DNA from: Octopus sinensis
Taxonomy: Eukaryota
Direction: 5' to 3'
NCBI RefSeq assembly: GCF_006345805.1
Contig: NC_043014.1
Coordinates: 38,812,001 to 38,876,000 of the forward strand
Length of the DNA stretch: 64,000 nt
Shown here: one piece after another, positions 63,561-64,000 of the stretch
Numbering within the stretch: position 1 is the stretch's first letter
Layout of the letters: every line of letters begins with the position of its first letter
Translations under genes and position numbers: made by a program
The notes under the pieces: model-generated
Told to the model about the DNA's origin: nothing
Seen by the model: only the letters and a program-made list of their open reading frames with translations
Database searches by the model: none

Positions 63561-63611
63561 TTTGTCAGCGAACAGGTCGCGGTCTCAAAGCGACGAAAAT
63601 ATTTTGGCAAA
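63561..63611 (+). ncRNA. Atypical hammerhead-like three-way junction, family HH6
   Basis: UUUGUC-AGCGAACAG-GUCGC(GGUCUCAAA)GCGAC-GAAA-AUAUUUU-GGCAAA. Confidence 0.4.
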
Positions 63612-63799
63612 TTAAATTTAAATGTGGTTTTTCACTCATGTTCGTAGTTGGGTATGTTGCAACGGTCTATCTTCAGAAATGCTCATACTGGCAGAATTTT
63701 GGTATAAGGACTCTCACAACTTTTTTTTTTTTAAATTCCGAAAATTTTTGCGAATTTGTAATCTACGTGCAGGAATTCATACGATTATATATATATATT

Positions 63800-64000
63800 G
63801 ACTCCAGTGCGTAACTGGTACTTATTTAATCGACCCCGAAAGGATGAACGGCAAAGTTGAACTCAGAACGTAACGGCAGACGAAATACCTATTTCTTTAC
63901 TACCCACAAGGGGCTAAGCACAGAAGGAACAAACAAGGACAGACACACGGATTAAGTCGATTATATCGACCCCAGTGCGTAACTGGTACTTATTTAATCG
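63800..64000 (-). mobile_element. SINE family B tandem body units, running out of the window
   Basis: Same unit junction at 63888/63889. Confidence 0.8.

Overview
AT-rich, repeat-saturated eukaryotic DNA. The SINE families and long (TA)n tracts look like an octopus/cephalopod genome (inference, not searched). I found no rRNA, true tRNA, CRISPR array or intact autonomous gene. The only large ORF is an internally deleted Helitron Rep/helicase (2616-6874, minus strand, both termini visible). The rest is mostly decayed mobile DNA: RTE and CR1 LINE 3' ends, pogo/Tc2-, Tc1- and Chapaev-like transposase remnants, hAT and foldback MITEs, non-autonomous Helitrons, four SINE families, and micro/minisatellites. 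Most listed ORFs are repeat artefacts. The most striking signal is about seven families of short non-coding Penelope-like terminal repeats, usually beside (TA)n tracts, that fold into minimal type-I hammerhead ribozymes, several with non-canonical cores. Other notable structures: a SINE multimerised through one fixed junction at four loci, a double-palindrome (P-P'-Q'-Q) scar, fold-back LINE/PLE insertions, and a low-confidence chain of very small minus-strand exons of an unidentified host gene. All folds and splice models were read by eye and are unverified.
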